Shown here one piece after another: positions 29,417 through 38,429 of a stretch of 60,976 nt of DNA. Position numbers and translations under genes: made by a program. This stretch comes from a virus (lineage: Duplodnaviria > Caudoviricetes). Within the stretch, counting starts at the first letter, position 1. The number at the start of each line of letters is the position of its first letter. The notes beneath the pieces were generated by a model, which ran no database searches, was not told the DNA's origin, and saw nothing but the letters and a program-made list of their open reading frames with translations. The stretch covers positions 1-60,976 of IMG/VR virus record IMGVR_UViG_3300007516_004456; one strand, written 5' to 3'.

Positions 29417-32400
29417 TATTAATAATAAAGACTATTATGGCGTTCAAGATGGTTCTTCGTCACTATCCGAAGATCAGTGGCATATCAACTACACTCAACG
29501 ACATGCATTTCGTATTTATAGCGATTTTGATTCTGTAGACGAAGATAACCGTAGAATCCTAACAGAAGCAGCAGACCCGCAGACTAATGTTGTTGACGAA
29601 TTCACATCTGGGGCATCTGATAAAGTTTTTGTTCAAACTAAAATTGTTAATGATAACGCAGGCGGAGAAAATATAGAGTTAAATTTAGATGATCGTATCT
29701 TGACTATTTTGATGGATCAAAGCGGGAGTATGACCTGGAACGATAATGAGGGGTTGCGGCATGATGTTGCCGAGCGAGTCGTTTATCGTCTTTCTTCTAC
29801 TTATCCTGGAGATTTGAAGTATAATTTGATCCAGTTTAACGGGAAACCAATCAACACAACAATTTTTGCCGTTAAGGAAAATGACAAGATAGACGTTAAT
29901 AATGTGCAGAGTTTGGCAACTCGGTTTTTCCGAGATGAAGAATCTCGTTTTGCTGGCGCTAGAGTTGTCCGTAGAGAAGGAACTTATCCTACGTCTCCTT
30001 TAGATGGTGCTGTTGTTTCAGAGGGATTTCTCTCTAAGTCTTTTGATGACGGATTAACAGAAGGAACGGAGTATTTCTATAAAGTATTCACGTTTGACAA
30101 GAATGGCACATTTAGTAACGGAGTCCCTGTCTCTGGTGTTCCGAGAAACAGAATTATTCCTCGTGGTGTTTCTCAGTTTGATGCAACGGTGCTTACTGGT
30201 ACTGGGGTATCTATAGATGACAATGTAATTGGAGCTTGGCATTTTGATGAAGGATCAGGTACTATATCTTTTGACTTTACAAACAACTCTAATAATTTGA
30301 TTAGTTTGGAAACAGAGCCAATTTGGTACAATCCTGAAGATGTTCCAATCGGCGTGTCTGGGGCAAGATATAACGGTAGTACTTCTGGATATGTGACGAA
30401 CGGTGGATCGTCTAATCTGGCGTTAAGTAGCGGTAATGATATGACTATCATGTTTTGGATTTACCCTTTCACTGCAACTGTAAATGAAGCTGTAATAGAA
30501 AGAACAGCATCGGTAGATGGAACAACAGACGTTAATTATTTTGTAGGAAGAACTCCTACAGGACAAGTTATCGTTGGTGTGGAGTCTGATCCTAGTTTAT
30601 TTATAAGTACTGCGACTCCTTTAGCAGTTAATGCATGGCATCATGTTACTGTTACTTTTACGGAAACGGCAGTACCGAATGAATGGAGTATTAGCTTATA
30701 TATTGATGGTTCTTTTCTTGAGTCAGGGACACAAACACTTTCATCCGCTCCTATTGATGATGATATTGCAATGGATTTATCTATTGGTCATCACTATGCA
30801 ACTGGTAGTGCGGCGCTTGGGTCTGTTGGTAATTTCTTTGGAAGGATTACTGAAGTTAGTATTCATAATGTTATTCGTAGCGCTGTATATATCGAGACAG
30901 CGGCGGAAGTTTTTGTTCCAACTTCTATTTTCGGGGCAGATCAAGAGCATATTACCAGACAAGATCAAGATAATTCGGATCGTTTGTTTGTTCTTAGATA
31001 TGAGGTTCCTAATGATTTTAATTACTCAGGTGGTGAGGTTAGAATTATTCGTAAGACACAAAAATATCCTTCTCACGAAAATGACGGAGATATAGTTGTT
31101 GCTGAAACCGCCACAGTGGGAGAACATTTTATAACCGATTCATTTCCGGTTGTGTTCGGAGAGACTTATTTTTACCGGATATTTTCTAAGAACTTTATTG
31201 GCAATTATAGTTATCTAACTGATTCTCCCTTAGCGAAAATAAAAATACCTGAAGCATCTGATTATCTTATTAGTACGCTTGACGATCTATCTCCTGATTT
31301 ATTAACGGTGAGTGGGTTGTCCACAACTCCAGGTAATCGTAAAATTTGGATAGAGTGGCTTAATCCAACGTTAGAAGATCGTTTTGCTCTAGTTAAAGTA
31401 TATTATGCTGATGATGGTTTCCCTGTTATTGAAGACGGAGAAGTTAGTAGTGGAGAATTGATTTTTAGTGGGACTCTTAATGAAGAGAGTTATGTACATC
31501 GCAATATAAATAATGCTGAAGGAGCATTTTATACTGTTGTTGTCACAGACCGTTTTGGGCGGATATCTAATACTGCCAATGTTAGCGAAATTCCATCTAA
31601 TAGCGTAGATGAATCTTCTATACCGTTATTAGATGTAGAAAATGTTCATTATGAAGTTGCAAATAATCAGGCTCTTACAATAAAATGGGATAATCCTATT
31701 GAATTTACGGCAGATATTGAAGGATTCTTCGATGATACTATTTTAGTGTATGCTGCTTTGACGGATGAATTTGGAGAATCCATTTCCGATGATACGAATA
31801 TAACAATGCGTGTGACTTCTATTTTGGGGACTTCGACACAGGCGGATGATGTTTTTGGAACGACGAGACCAGTAAAGATCGAAGTTAATGATACATATAC
31901 GTTTGCTGTTGCTAATCCGTCAAATGGAATTATCAAAGGCACTTTGAAGATGAATGGAGATATCAATGTTCTTTCTCAGATGGAACTTGTTGATTTTGAA
32001 ATTCAAGTATTTGCATTTGTTCCAGATACAACTAGTGAATTATTAAAAAACGGAAAATACTCAAAAAATCTGTTTGAGTTTTTATCTAAATCTGTAACTA
32101 TAAGACTGAGAAATCCTTGGTTTGTGAAATTGACAAATCGAGATGAAAAAATAATATCTCATCTTTGCCGAGTTCAGTCTGATATTTTTGCATTTACAAC
32201 TTTTGTCGATGACGATATCAAAATAGAAAAAAAGATATTTGATGGGGCTTACATCAGAGGAACAAGTCCATTTTATGCGAGAGTAGAGGTTAAGTGGAAA
32301 GACCTTCCATTAAACAGTGCATCTACTGTTTCTGCTCGTATTTATGATGCGACTATGAATTTATGTGATGATTTGAAGAAAAACAAACCCAGTAGACTAG

Positions 32401-35400
32401 GCTTAAGCTCTACTGTTGTTACCCCTCAACGTAGTTTTCCTATTCAAAGAGGAACAATAGACGTTCTTGATTCGAAAGGAGAGCCAACGGGATCAACTAG
32501 AGAGATTTCTTTTGTTGATATTCCTATATCTCCTCCAAACCAGCCACAAGCAGCGTATTTGATAGTGCAGTCTAGATATGGTGGCTACGTTTCAACTCAA
32601 GAGATGTATTTGGTATTTCAAAATATTTTACAGATAGAATTGGATGCTGAGGCTCCTGTTGGCGATGGAGTTGATATATCTGAGCAACGCGCTAGTATTT
32701 ATATTATTAATCCTGATTTCCCAGAGGATATCACAAAAAGGACTACCGTTCCTGATCTAACAACTGTTCGATGGCGGTTAGTTGTATCCGATTTTGGGCG
32801 TAATGACATCCCGTTCTATTCAACAGATAATGTTCCTGCCACCAATGGAGTATTTTCCTATGCTCGTGGCGGAAGCTCTCGTAACATTTTTGTCGGTCCA
32901 ACTCGTGCTATTATACATATAATAGCAACGCCAGCCGGGCCAGTTCTATCAGGAGAGAAGTATAAAATTTCATCTACTATTGTTTATGACGGATTGACTG
33001 CAACTGATGAGGCGTTACTTGAAGTGTTGCCGCCGGGACATAAAAACAGGTTTGGTTCTCGTTTTTTAATGGAGTTTCCTAAGTATAAAAATGAATTATG
33101 GTCGGACGGAGAAGATTACGAGAAACTAATTATTACTCATGACGCTAATAGTTCGATTACAAAATATTCTGGCTGTTTTCGTAGCTGTGCTTTGAGCTTT
33201 GGTAATGATGTTATTCCATTAGTTGCCAATCAAATTGTTGGGATATTTTTTCCTGAAGGATGGGAAGCTATTTGGGGCGATGTTACTGAAGTTGTTGATC
33301 CCTATACGGGAAAAACTACATTACAAATAGGACCGGACGCAGAAATATACCCTGCTGTAAATGGTACTGGGTCAGCTCAGGTTTCGATTATGGAAGATCA
33401 GGATAGTACTCCTGTTTATTTTCGGGTTAATAAATATTACCCTCCAGTGCAAGTTGTTCTGTCTGCTCAGGATTTGATTTCTGCTACTTTTTTAAATCCT
33501 TGTGAGTGTTTGGGTATTTTAGGAGACAAACTGCAACCTTATGAAGAATCTATTTCTGGGGCATCAACGATTTTAATTGACGAATCTACCTATAGTATTT
33601 ATGGAGGTGGAAGGATTGCATCCGGTGTGCCTCCAACAATTCTTGTCCCCAAAGAACCTCTCAATGTTAAAATTGTTGATAGGCGAGTAAATGGGGTTCC
33701 GTCAAATACAGTCGTATTTGACGGGGAGTCTGTTAATCAACTAATAGTTGAGGTTAGTTTTGCTGGTAATCCGGTACCAGACGGTACTCCTCTTTCTGTT
33801 TTTACGACAGATTCAAATGGTTTTTTTGTTATACCAGAAGATAAGGTTATTTATACGGAAACCAGAATCGAAGAGCTTATTGATCCAAATAATGCTCGTA
33901 GTTATGCAACTATTTCTTTAAAGCCTATTGTTCCGGTTGAGGAATTTACGGAGACAATTGTAGTTACTAGTAACTACAATAAAATTGGTGATGTTGAAAG
34001 GTTAATGGCTGACTGTTTGACGATAAGCTATAGCCCCGATGATCCAAGCGATGAGATACAAGATATTTTCAGTGGTCAATTAGATAGGTATGATATCGAT
34101 AGCGATTCTTGGGTTAATCTTGATAGTATGCAGAATCCAAGAGGCGATGTTATTTTTGAAGCAGTTAACGGTAAGATATATGCCATCGGCGGATTATCTA
34201 GATCTACAGTTAGCTCTATTAATGAAGAATATGATCCTCTCACCGGAGATTGGTCGGCTAAAGAAATTATGCCTACATCTCGCTTCTCTGCTGTGTCTGT
34301 CGTCTTTGACAGTAAGATATATGTTATTGGTGGCATTGAAATAGATAATGATAGTAGTGATCTAAATGTATCTAGGGCTTTGGAGAGGTACGATCCTGTA
34401 ACAGATGAATGGGATGTTTTGACAAATATGCCATCGATTGATGTTGGAGAGGTTGATGAATTTACTTATGGAGTTGCTTTTGGAGTTGCTGAGTACGCAA
34501 ATGTTGGGGGCAACGATAGGATATATGTTTTGTGCGGAGTCCGAGAAATTGACTCTAATGGGAGACCGTCTCAATATAATGATCGTGTTCTATATTATGA
34601 TATAGGAACCGATACATGGTTCTATTCTAGTGTTTTAAGCGATGAGGATTTGACATCATATCAGAGAATTGCGCCGCAGGGATTTGTTCGTAGCTCTGAC
34701 AGTAATCTATACGTTGTTGGAGGATTGTTTTCTCCTGTTGATAAACAGCCAGATTCAACTATGGCTCGCCAGCAGTCTATTTTACTGAAAGACGCATTCA
34801 GTATTAATGTTACAACTCTTGCATTGACTGTCTCTGATGGTGAATTTTATGATTTACCTGAACCTCGTTTCCGAGCTGCAACAGTAAAATTCAGTGACGA
34901 TGTATATTTCGTTGGCGGAGGAAATGACAGATCGCTATTTCGGCGAACATTTGAAAAAATAGATACTTCATCCGATCCAATGGATAAGTCCGTTTTGACT
35001 TCTATTCCTCATGGAAGATCATCCGTTGGTGTCGCTGTAGATACAGATGATTATGGGGATCACATTTATATAGTAGGAGGATATCAAAGTGGTCGTAGTG
35101 CAGGATTTTTACAAATAGGGGTAACTTCTTTATCTAGCTCTGATTCATTGGCTGATAGTTTACTTGGAGATGGAAATTGGTTTCGTCTTGACGGTAAAGC
35201 AACGGCTTCTGTTCTACTTAACTTAAAAGATCAATACGGAGACCCACCTGATAGCGATGTGACGGTTGTTGCTCGCGGCTATTTAGTTTTGTTGGATGAC
35301 AAAGGAAAAGCTATTAATGGATTACCGGGATCGAAATTTATAGATGGAAACGAAAAATATAAAACGGCAGCTGAAAAACTTCGCAATGATACGTTGATTT

Positions 35401-38327
35401 ATCCCGTATTATTTGCCCAGAACGAAATAGTTGTTAGTGGTGGCAGTGATATTGTAACGTTACTTTCTCGTTCTGATGATTTGCTTGCATCTCTTAAGGA
35501 TATCGCTGATGTTCTTGGGTTAAGTTCGCAGGATATTGGTATAAATATAAGTGATAAAGTAGAGCATGGATTACTAATAAAAAGTGGAGTTGTTCGTCGT
35601 CCTTACGATATTTTTGTGCAGTTAACCGTTGTAGATGATACTTATTTTGGTCAAACCGTAAATAATATTCCAGATATATCGGGAGGAGCCGGAGGAACAT
35701 TAGATGATGAACAAAATTCAAGAGGAACAGACCTTTCAATTATTCCGGAAATAGGAGACGGAATAAGATGTGTTAAGGTTTATGGAACAAATACATGGAA
35801 AGGATATTCTAGAGGAGACGATATATCCAGATCGGGCACCTTAACAAAAGCTTTAACCGCTTTAGAAGATGGAATTTCGGGATTTCTATTTGATCTTGTT
35901 CCTCCGGCTATAGGACAAGTTAGTAGCCCTGTATTTAATTCTTATGTGGATATAGATTGGGTACCACAGGTTGATAATATTATAGATGATAATTCTACGT
36001 CTGCCGCAGATGTTATTGAGCAGATAGATATTTTGCGCAATTCGATTCCATTTGGAGCTTCAGCTTTATTTGATGCGATGGTTAATGCGTCCGATCTGTT
36101 GGTTGATGAATCTTTAGATAACATCTATAAACACATATATATTTATACAGATAATGAGTCCAACATGTCGGCAGTGACAGCAGATGAAGCTCTAGAAGCG
36201 ATTCAGTCTATTGACGGTGAACGAAAAGTTTCTCTTGTTGTAGGCAACTATTCTATAGTATCTCCTGTTACTCTTTCTGCTAAAGCAAATAGAAGTGATA
36301 CGGAATCACTCGATTATATCGCTAGCCAGACAGGCGGTCAAACAATTACAGTGCTTTCTGCGGAATTTGAAGATGATATAGTCAATATTATGATTGGTCG
36401 AGTTTCAGGCTCGATGGGATTCGGTTCAGCTGATTTTGTGATTGACTTGGGGCAATCTTCAGTACTTGATACTATTCGTTCTTATTTCGATTTACCAACA
36501 AATACAAATTCTAATTGGTCAGTTCAATTTAGCGAAGATGGTTATAATTTTGTCAATGGAACGGATCAGCTGAAACCAGAAGTAGAATTGGATGTTTCGG
36601 ATATAACAGCTCGTTATTTGAAATTTCATATTGAATTGCTAACTGGATTTAGTAATTTTACGGATGAAGTTTACGAGGTAGTGCCTACCGCTTCATCTCC
36701 ATCTCTAACACATATCACCATATCCTATGGTGAGCCAAAAGATACTGAGCTGTTTTTTAATACGGAGACGGCATTAACGGTTCCGCAGCAAGTTGTTGTG
36801 TCAGTAAATTCAAACAATTTGACAACCAATATTATTCAGTCTGGAGTTTCTCAAACCAATTCTCATCAATGGCAAGACTTTTTTAGTGGGTCCAAGCGAA
36901 TTATGGGCAAAGACGGTAAAATGCTATTGCCTATTCGTGTATCTAATAACGAACCCATAGTTGGTCCTGAACCTCTAGTCAAAGTAGATAGACTTACATA
37001 TAGAGTAGCTCAGGGTAAATGGGAGCCTGGTGCTATTATTAAGATTTTAGATAGCAATAATAATATTATTCTCGATAGTTCGTATCAATTGTTTCCCCGT
37101 AAAGGATTAATTGTTTTTAGTGAACCTCCAAGTGGCAGCATGACCGCTCAGATTGAATTTGGAAATACTTTGCGTGTTGGAGTGAAATTTTTGAATATGA
37201 ATCCTAACCAGTCTATTGAAATAGATGGGATAGGGTATATGTACAATACCAATGTAAATCTATTGCCTCCAGCGGAGAAAATAGCGCCAATTGCTCAAAA
37301 TCTGATTATCACGCCTTCAGAACTTCACCTGTTTGACAAAATCACAGCTAGCTATGAATTTATTGACGCCAATAATGACGAAGAAGATACTGATGAGACA
37401 AAGATTAAATGGTACATCAACAATGTATATATTAGTTATTTAGATGGTCTGTTAATCTGGAATGATATAGATAATCGATCTGATCTTCTTTATACTAGAG
37501 CTTTTTCGTTTGATCCAGATGCTTTAGATGAGAACGAAACGGTTTTATTGACAGCTCGCCGTCTCGGTCAATCGATTTTGAAAGCAGGAGATCAATTGTA
37601 TTTTACGGTAGAGCCAAGTGACGGTCAACTGTTTGGTGATGTGGTTAAATCAGAAGTTATGACGGTTTATGAAGATAATCCGTTAATAGATCAAATTGTT
37701 ATTAGAGGGCTTGATCGTAATTCTAAATTAAAAAACACTATTACCGCAGCAGATTCAGCCGTTTTGCAATTTAATATAGTTGCTGATACTGGCTCTAATA
37801 ATTCAGTTGTAATTTGGTATGTTAACGATGAAGTTTTCAAGAATGGAACAATTAATGAAGATGGGATGAATAAGATTACGTCTGGAGAAGAAATTGGTGG
37901 CGTAATAGCTTTGAAAATGAACAATGAGATTCGAGTTGAAGTTACTCCTCAAACCGATGGAGCGATTGGAGAGACAGTATCTAGTGCTTCTGTTTTAATT
38001 GGTAATGCTAAACCAAAAGTTTTAATAGCAGTGATAAGCCCTTCTGTTCCATCCGCTTCTCAGAATTTGTCTTTGGTATATCAGTTCGAAGACGCTGACA
38101 TTCAGATATCTTTAGATCTCAACCAAGATAATCTTTCTGTAGTGAAATGGTATAAGTCTGTGCTTAGTTCTTCATCAGGATTTTTGGAAATTGAAAGTCT
38201 TAGAGGAAAAACATCTGTGCCTTCGTCATCAACTAGTCGAGGGGAGTTTTGGAAAGCAGAAGTGACACCGTATGACGGAATTGATTTTAATGATCCAGTT
38301 TCAAGTAATGTTGTACTGATAAGGTAA
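29403..38327 (+). CDS. Giant multidomain putative virion/adhesin protein (2974 aa; ATG at 29409 likely): split vWA, FN3-like repeats, LamG, Ig-like, Kelch propeller, discoidin (F5/8C)-like and three C-terminal Ig-like repeats
   Basis: ILMDQSGSM (29706-29732) and FGASALFDAM..IYIYTDN..IASQTGG (~36000-36350). RREGTYP..DG..YFYKVF repeats. LamG GAWHFDEGSG..NAWHHVTVTF..FFGRITEVSIHN. Kelch KIYAIGG, KIYVIGG, LYVVGG, VYFVGG, IYIVGG (~34075-35090). FVIDLG..QFSEDG..TARYLKF. KWYINN..GDQLYFTVEPSDG repeats. Confidence 0.8.
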   Translation: MKMTDINNKDYYGVQDGSSSLSEDQWHINYTQRHAFRIYSDFDSVDEDNRRILTEAADPQTNVVDEFTSGASDKVFVQTKIVNDNAGGENIELNLDDRILTILMDQSGSMTWNDNEGLRHDVAERVVYRLSSTYPGDLKYNLIQFNGKPINTTIFAVKENDKIDVNNVQSLATRFFRDEESRFAGARVVRREGTYPTSPLDGAVVSEGFLSKSFDDGLTEGTEYFYKVFTFDKNGTFSNGVPVSGVPRNRIIPRGVSQFDATVLTGTGVSIDDNVIGAWHFDEGSGTISFDFTNNSNNLISLETEPIWYNPEDVPIGVSGARYNGSTSGYVTNGGSSNLALSSGNDMTIMFWIYPFTATVNEAVIERTASVDGTTDVNYFVGRTPTGQVIVGVESDPSLFISTATPLAVNAWHHVTVTFTETAVPNEWSISLYIDGSFLESGTQTLSSAPIDDDIAMDLSIGHHYATGSAALGSVGNFFGRITEVSIHNVIRSAVYIETAAEVFVPTSIFGADQEHITRQDQDNSDRLFVLRYEVPNDFNYSGGEVRIIRKTQKYPSHENDGDIVVAETATVGEHFITDSFPVVFGETYFYRIFSKNFIGNYSYLTDSPLAKIKIPEASDYLISTLDDLSPDLLTVSGLSTTPGNRKIWIEWLNPTLEDRFALVKVYYADDGFPVIEDGEVSSGELIFSGTLNEESYVHRNINNAEGAFYTVVVTDRFGRISNTANVSEIPSNSVDESSIPLLDVENVHYEVANNQALTIKWDNPIEFTADIEGFFDDTILVYAALTDEFGESISDDTNITMRVTSILGTSTQADDVFGTTRPVKIEVNDTYTFAVANPSNGIIKGTLKMNGDINVLSQMELVDFEIQVFAFVPDTTSELLKNGKYSKNLFEFLSKSVTIRLRNPWFVKLTNRDEKIISHLCRVQSDIFAFTTFVDDDIKIEKKIFDGAYIRGTSPFYARVEVKWKDLPLNSASTVSARIYDATMNLCDDLKKNKPSRLGLSSTVVTPQRSFPIQRGTIDVLDSKGEPTGSTREISFVDIPISPPNQPQAAYLIVQSRYGGYVSTQEMYLVFQNILQIELDAEAPVGDGVDISEQRASIYIINPDFPEDITKRTTVPDLTTVRWRLVVSDFGRNDIPFYSTDNVPATNGVFSYARGGSSRNIFVGPTRAIIHIIATPAGPVLSGEKYKISSTIVYDGLTATDEALLEVLPPGHKNRFGSRFLMEFPKYKNELWSDGEDYEKLIITHDANSSITKYSGCFRSCALSFGNDVIPLVANQIVGIFFPEGWEAIWGDVTEVVDPYTGKTTLQIGPDAEIYPAVNGTGSAQVSIMEDQDSTPVYFRVNKYYPPVQVVLSAQDLISATFLNPCECLGILGDKLQPYEESISGASTILIDESTYSIYGGGRIASGVPPTILVPKEPLNVKIVDRRVNGVPSNTVVFDGESVNQLIVEVSFAGNPVPDGTPLSVFTTDSNGFFVIPEDKVIYTETRIEELIDPNNARSYATISLKPIVPVEEFTETIVVTSNYNKIGDVERLMADCLTISYSPDDPSDEIQDIFSGQLDRYDIDSDSWVNLDSMQNPRGDVIFEAVNGKIYAIGGLSRSTVSSINEEYDPLTGDWSAKEIMPTSRFSAVSVVFDSKIYVIGGIEIDNDSSDLNVSRALERYDPVTDEWDVLTNMPSIDVGEVDEFTYGVAFGVAEYANVGGNDRIYVLCGVREIDSNGRPSQYNDRVLYYDIGTDTWFYSSVLSDEDLTSYQRIAPQGFVRSSDSNLYVVGGLFSPVDKQPDSTMARQQSILLKDAFSINVTTLALTVSDGEFYDLPEPRFRAATVKFSDDVYFVGGGNDRSLFRRTFEKIDTSSDPMDKSVLTSIPHGRSSVGVAVDTDDYGDHIYIVGGYQSGRSAGFLQIGVTSLSSSDSLADSLLGDGNWFRLDGKATASVLLNLKDQYGDPPDSDVTVVARGYLVLLDDKGKAINGLPGSKFIDGNEKYKTAAEKLRNDTLIYPVLFAQNEIVVSGGSDIVTLLSRSDDLLASLKDIADVLGLSSQDIGINISDKVEHGLLIKSGVVRRPYDIFVQLTVVDDTYFGQTVNNIPDISGGAGGTLDDEQNSRGTDLSIIPEIGDGIRCVKVYGTNTWKGYSRGDDISRSGTLTKALTALEDGISGFLFDLVPPAIGQVSSPVFNSYVDIDWVPQVDNIIDDNSTSAADVIEQIDILRNSIPFGASALFDAMVNASDLLVDESLDNIYKHIYIYTDNESNMSAVTADEALEAIQSIDGERKVSLVVGNYSIVSPVTLSAKANRSDTESLDYIASQTGGQTITVLSAEFEDDIVNIMIGRVSGSMGFGSADFVIDLGQSSVLDTIRSYFDLPTNTNSNWSVQFSEDGYNFVNGTDQLKPEVELDVSDITARYLKFHIELLTGFSNFTDEVYEVVPTASSPSLTHITISYGEPKDTELFFNTETALTVPQQVVVSVNSNNLTTNIIQSGVSQTNSHQWQDFFSGSKRIMGKDGKMLLPIRVSNNEPIVGPEPLVKVDRLTYRVAQGKWEPGAIIKILDSNNNIILDSSYQLFPRKGLIVFSEPPSGSMTAQIEFGNTLRVGVKFLNMNPNQSIEIDGIGYMYNTNVNLLPPAEKIAPIAQNLIITPSELHLFDKITASYEFIDANNDEEDTDETKIKWYINNVYISYLDGLLIWNDIDNRSDLLYTRAFSFDPDALDENETVLLTARRLGQSILKAGDQLYFTVEPSDGQLFGDVVKSEVMTVYEDNPLIDQIVIRGLDRNSKLKNTITAADSAVLQFNIVADTGSNNSVVIWYVNDEVFKNGTINEDGMNKITSGEEIGGVIALKMNNEIRVEVTPQTDGAIGETVSSASVLIGNAKPKVLIAVISPSVPSASQNLSLVYQFEDADIQISLDLNQDNLSVVKWYKSVLSSSSGFLEIESLRGKTSVPSSSTSRGEFWKAEVTPYDGIDFNDPVSSNVVLIR

Positions 38328-38403
38328 ACTCAATTTTTACCATACTTCCATAAGGTCACAATTTTATTTTTGCGAATTGGTTTCGGAACTACTGTGGAGA
38401 GCT

Positions 38404-38425
38404 AGGTCGTTTTGATCCGATGATA
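38404..38425 (+). promoter_or_regulatory. Putative promoter/regulatory motif AGG-TCG-TTTTGATCCGAT-G-ATA immediately upstream of the GT2 gene
   Basis: Matches 7768-7789 at 18 of 22 positions; ATG at 38430 with no SD in between. Confidence 0.55.
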
Positions 38426-38429
38426 AAAT

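Noticed and set aside
1216-38327. Diversity-generating retroelement targeting the adhesin-like genes
   Set aside because: No reverse transcriptase and no template/variable repeat pair differing at adenines was seen; repeats here are visible only at the protein level.
1216-38327. Cellular S-layer, T1SS/T5SS/T9SS adhesin cluster or CPR surface-protein locus
   Set aside because: No signal peptides, RTX repeats, autotransporter barrels, T9SS C-terminal domains or transporter genes, and the flanking genes are phage-like.
38328-38403. Rho-independent terminator or small RNA after the structural block
   Set aside because: No convincing GC-rich stem followed by a U-tract, and no tRNA-like cloverleaf.
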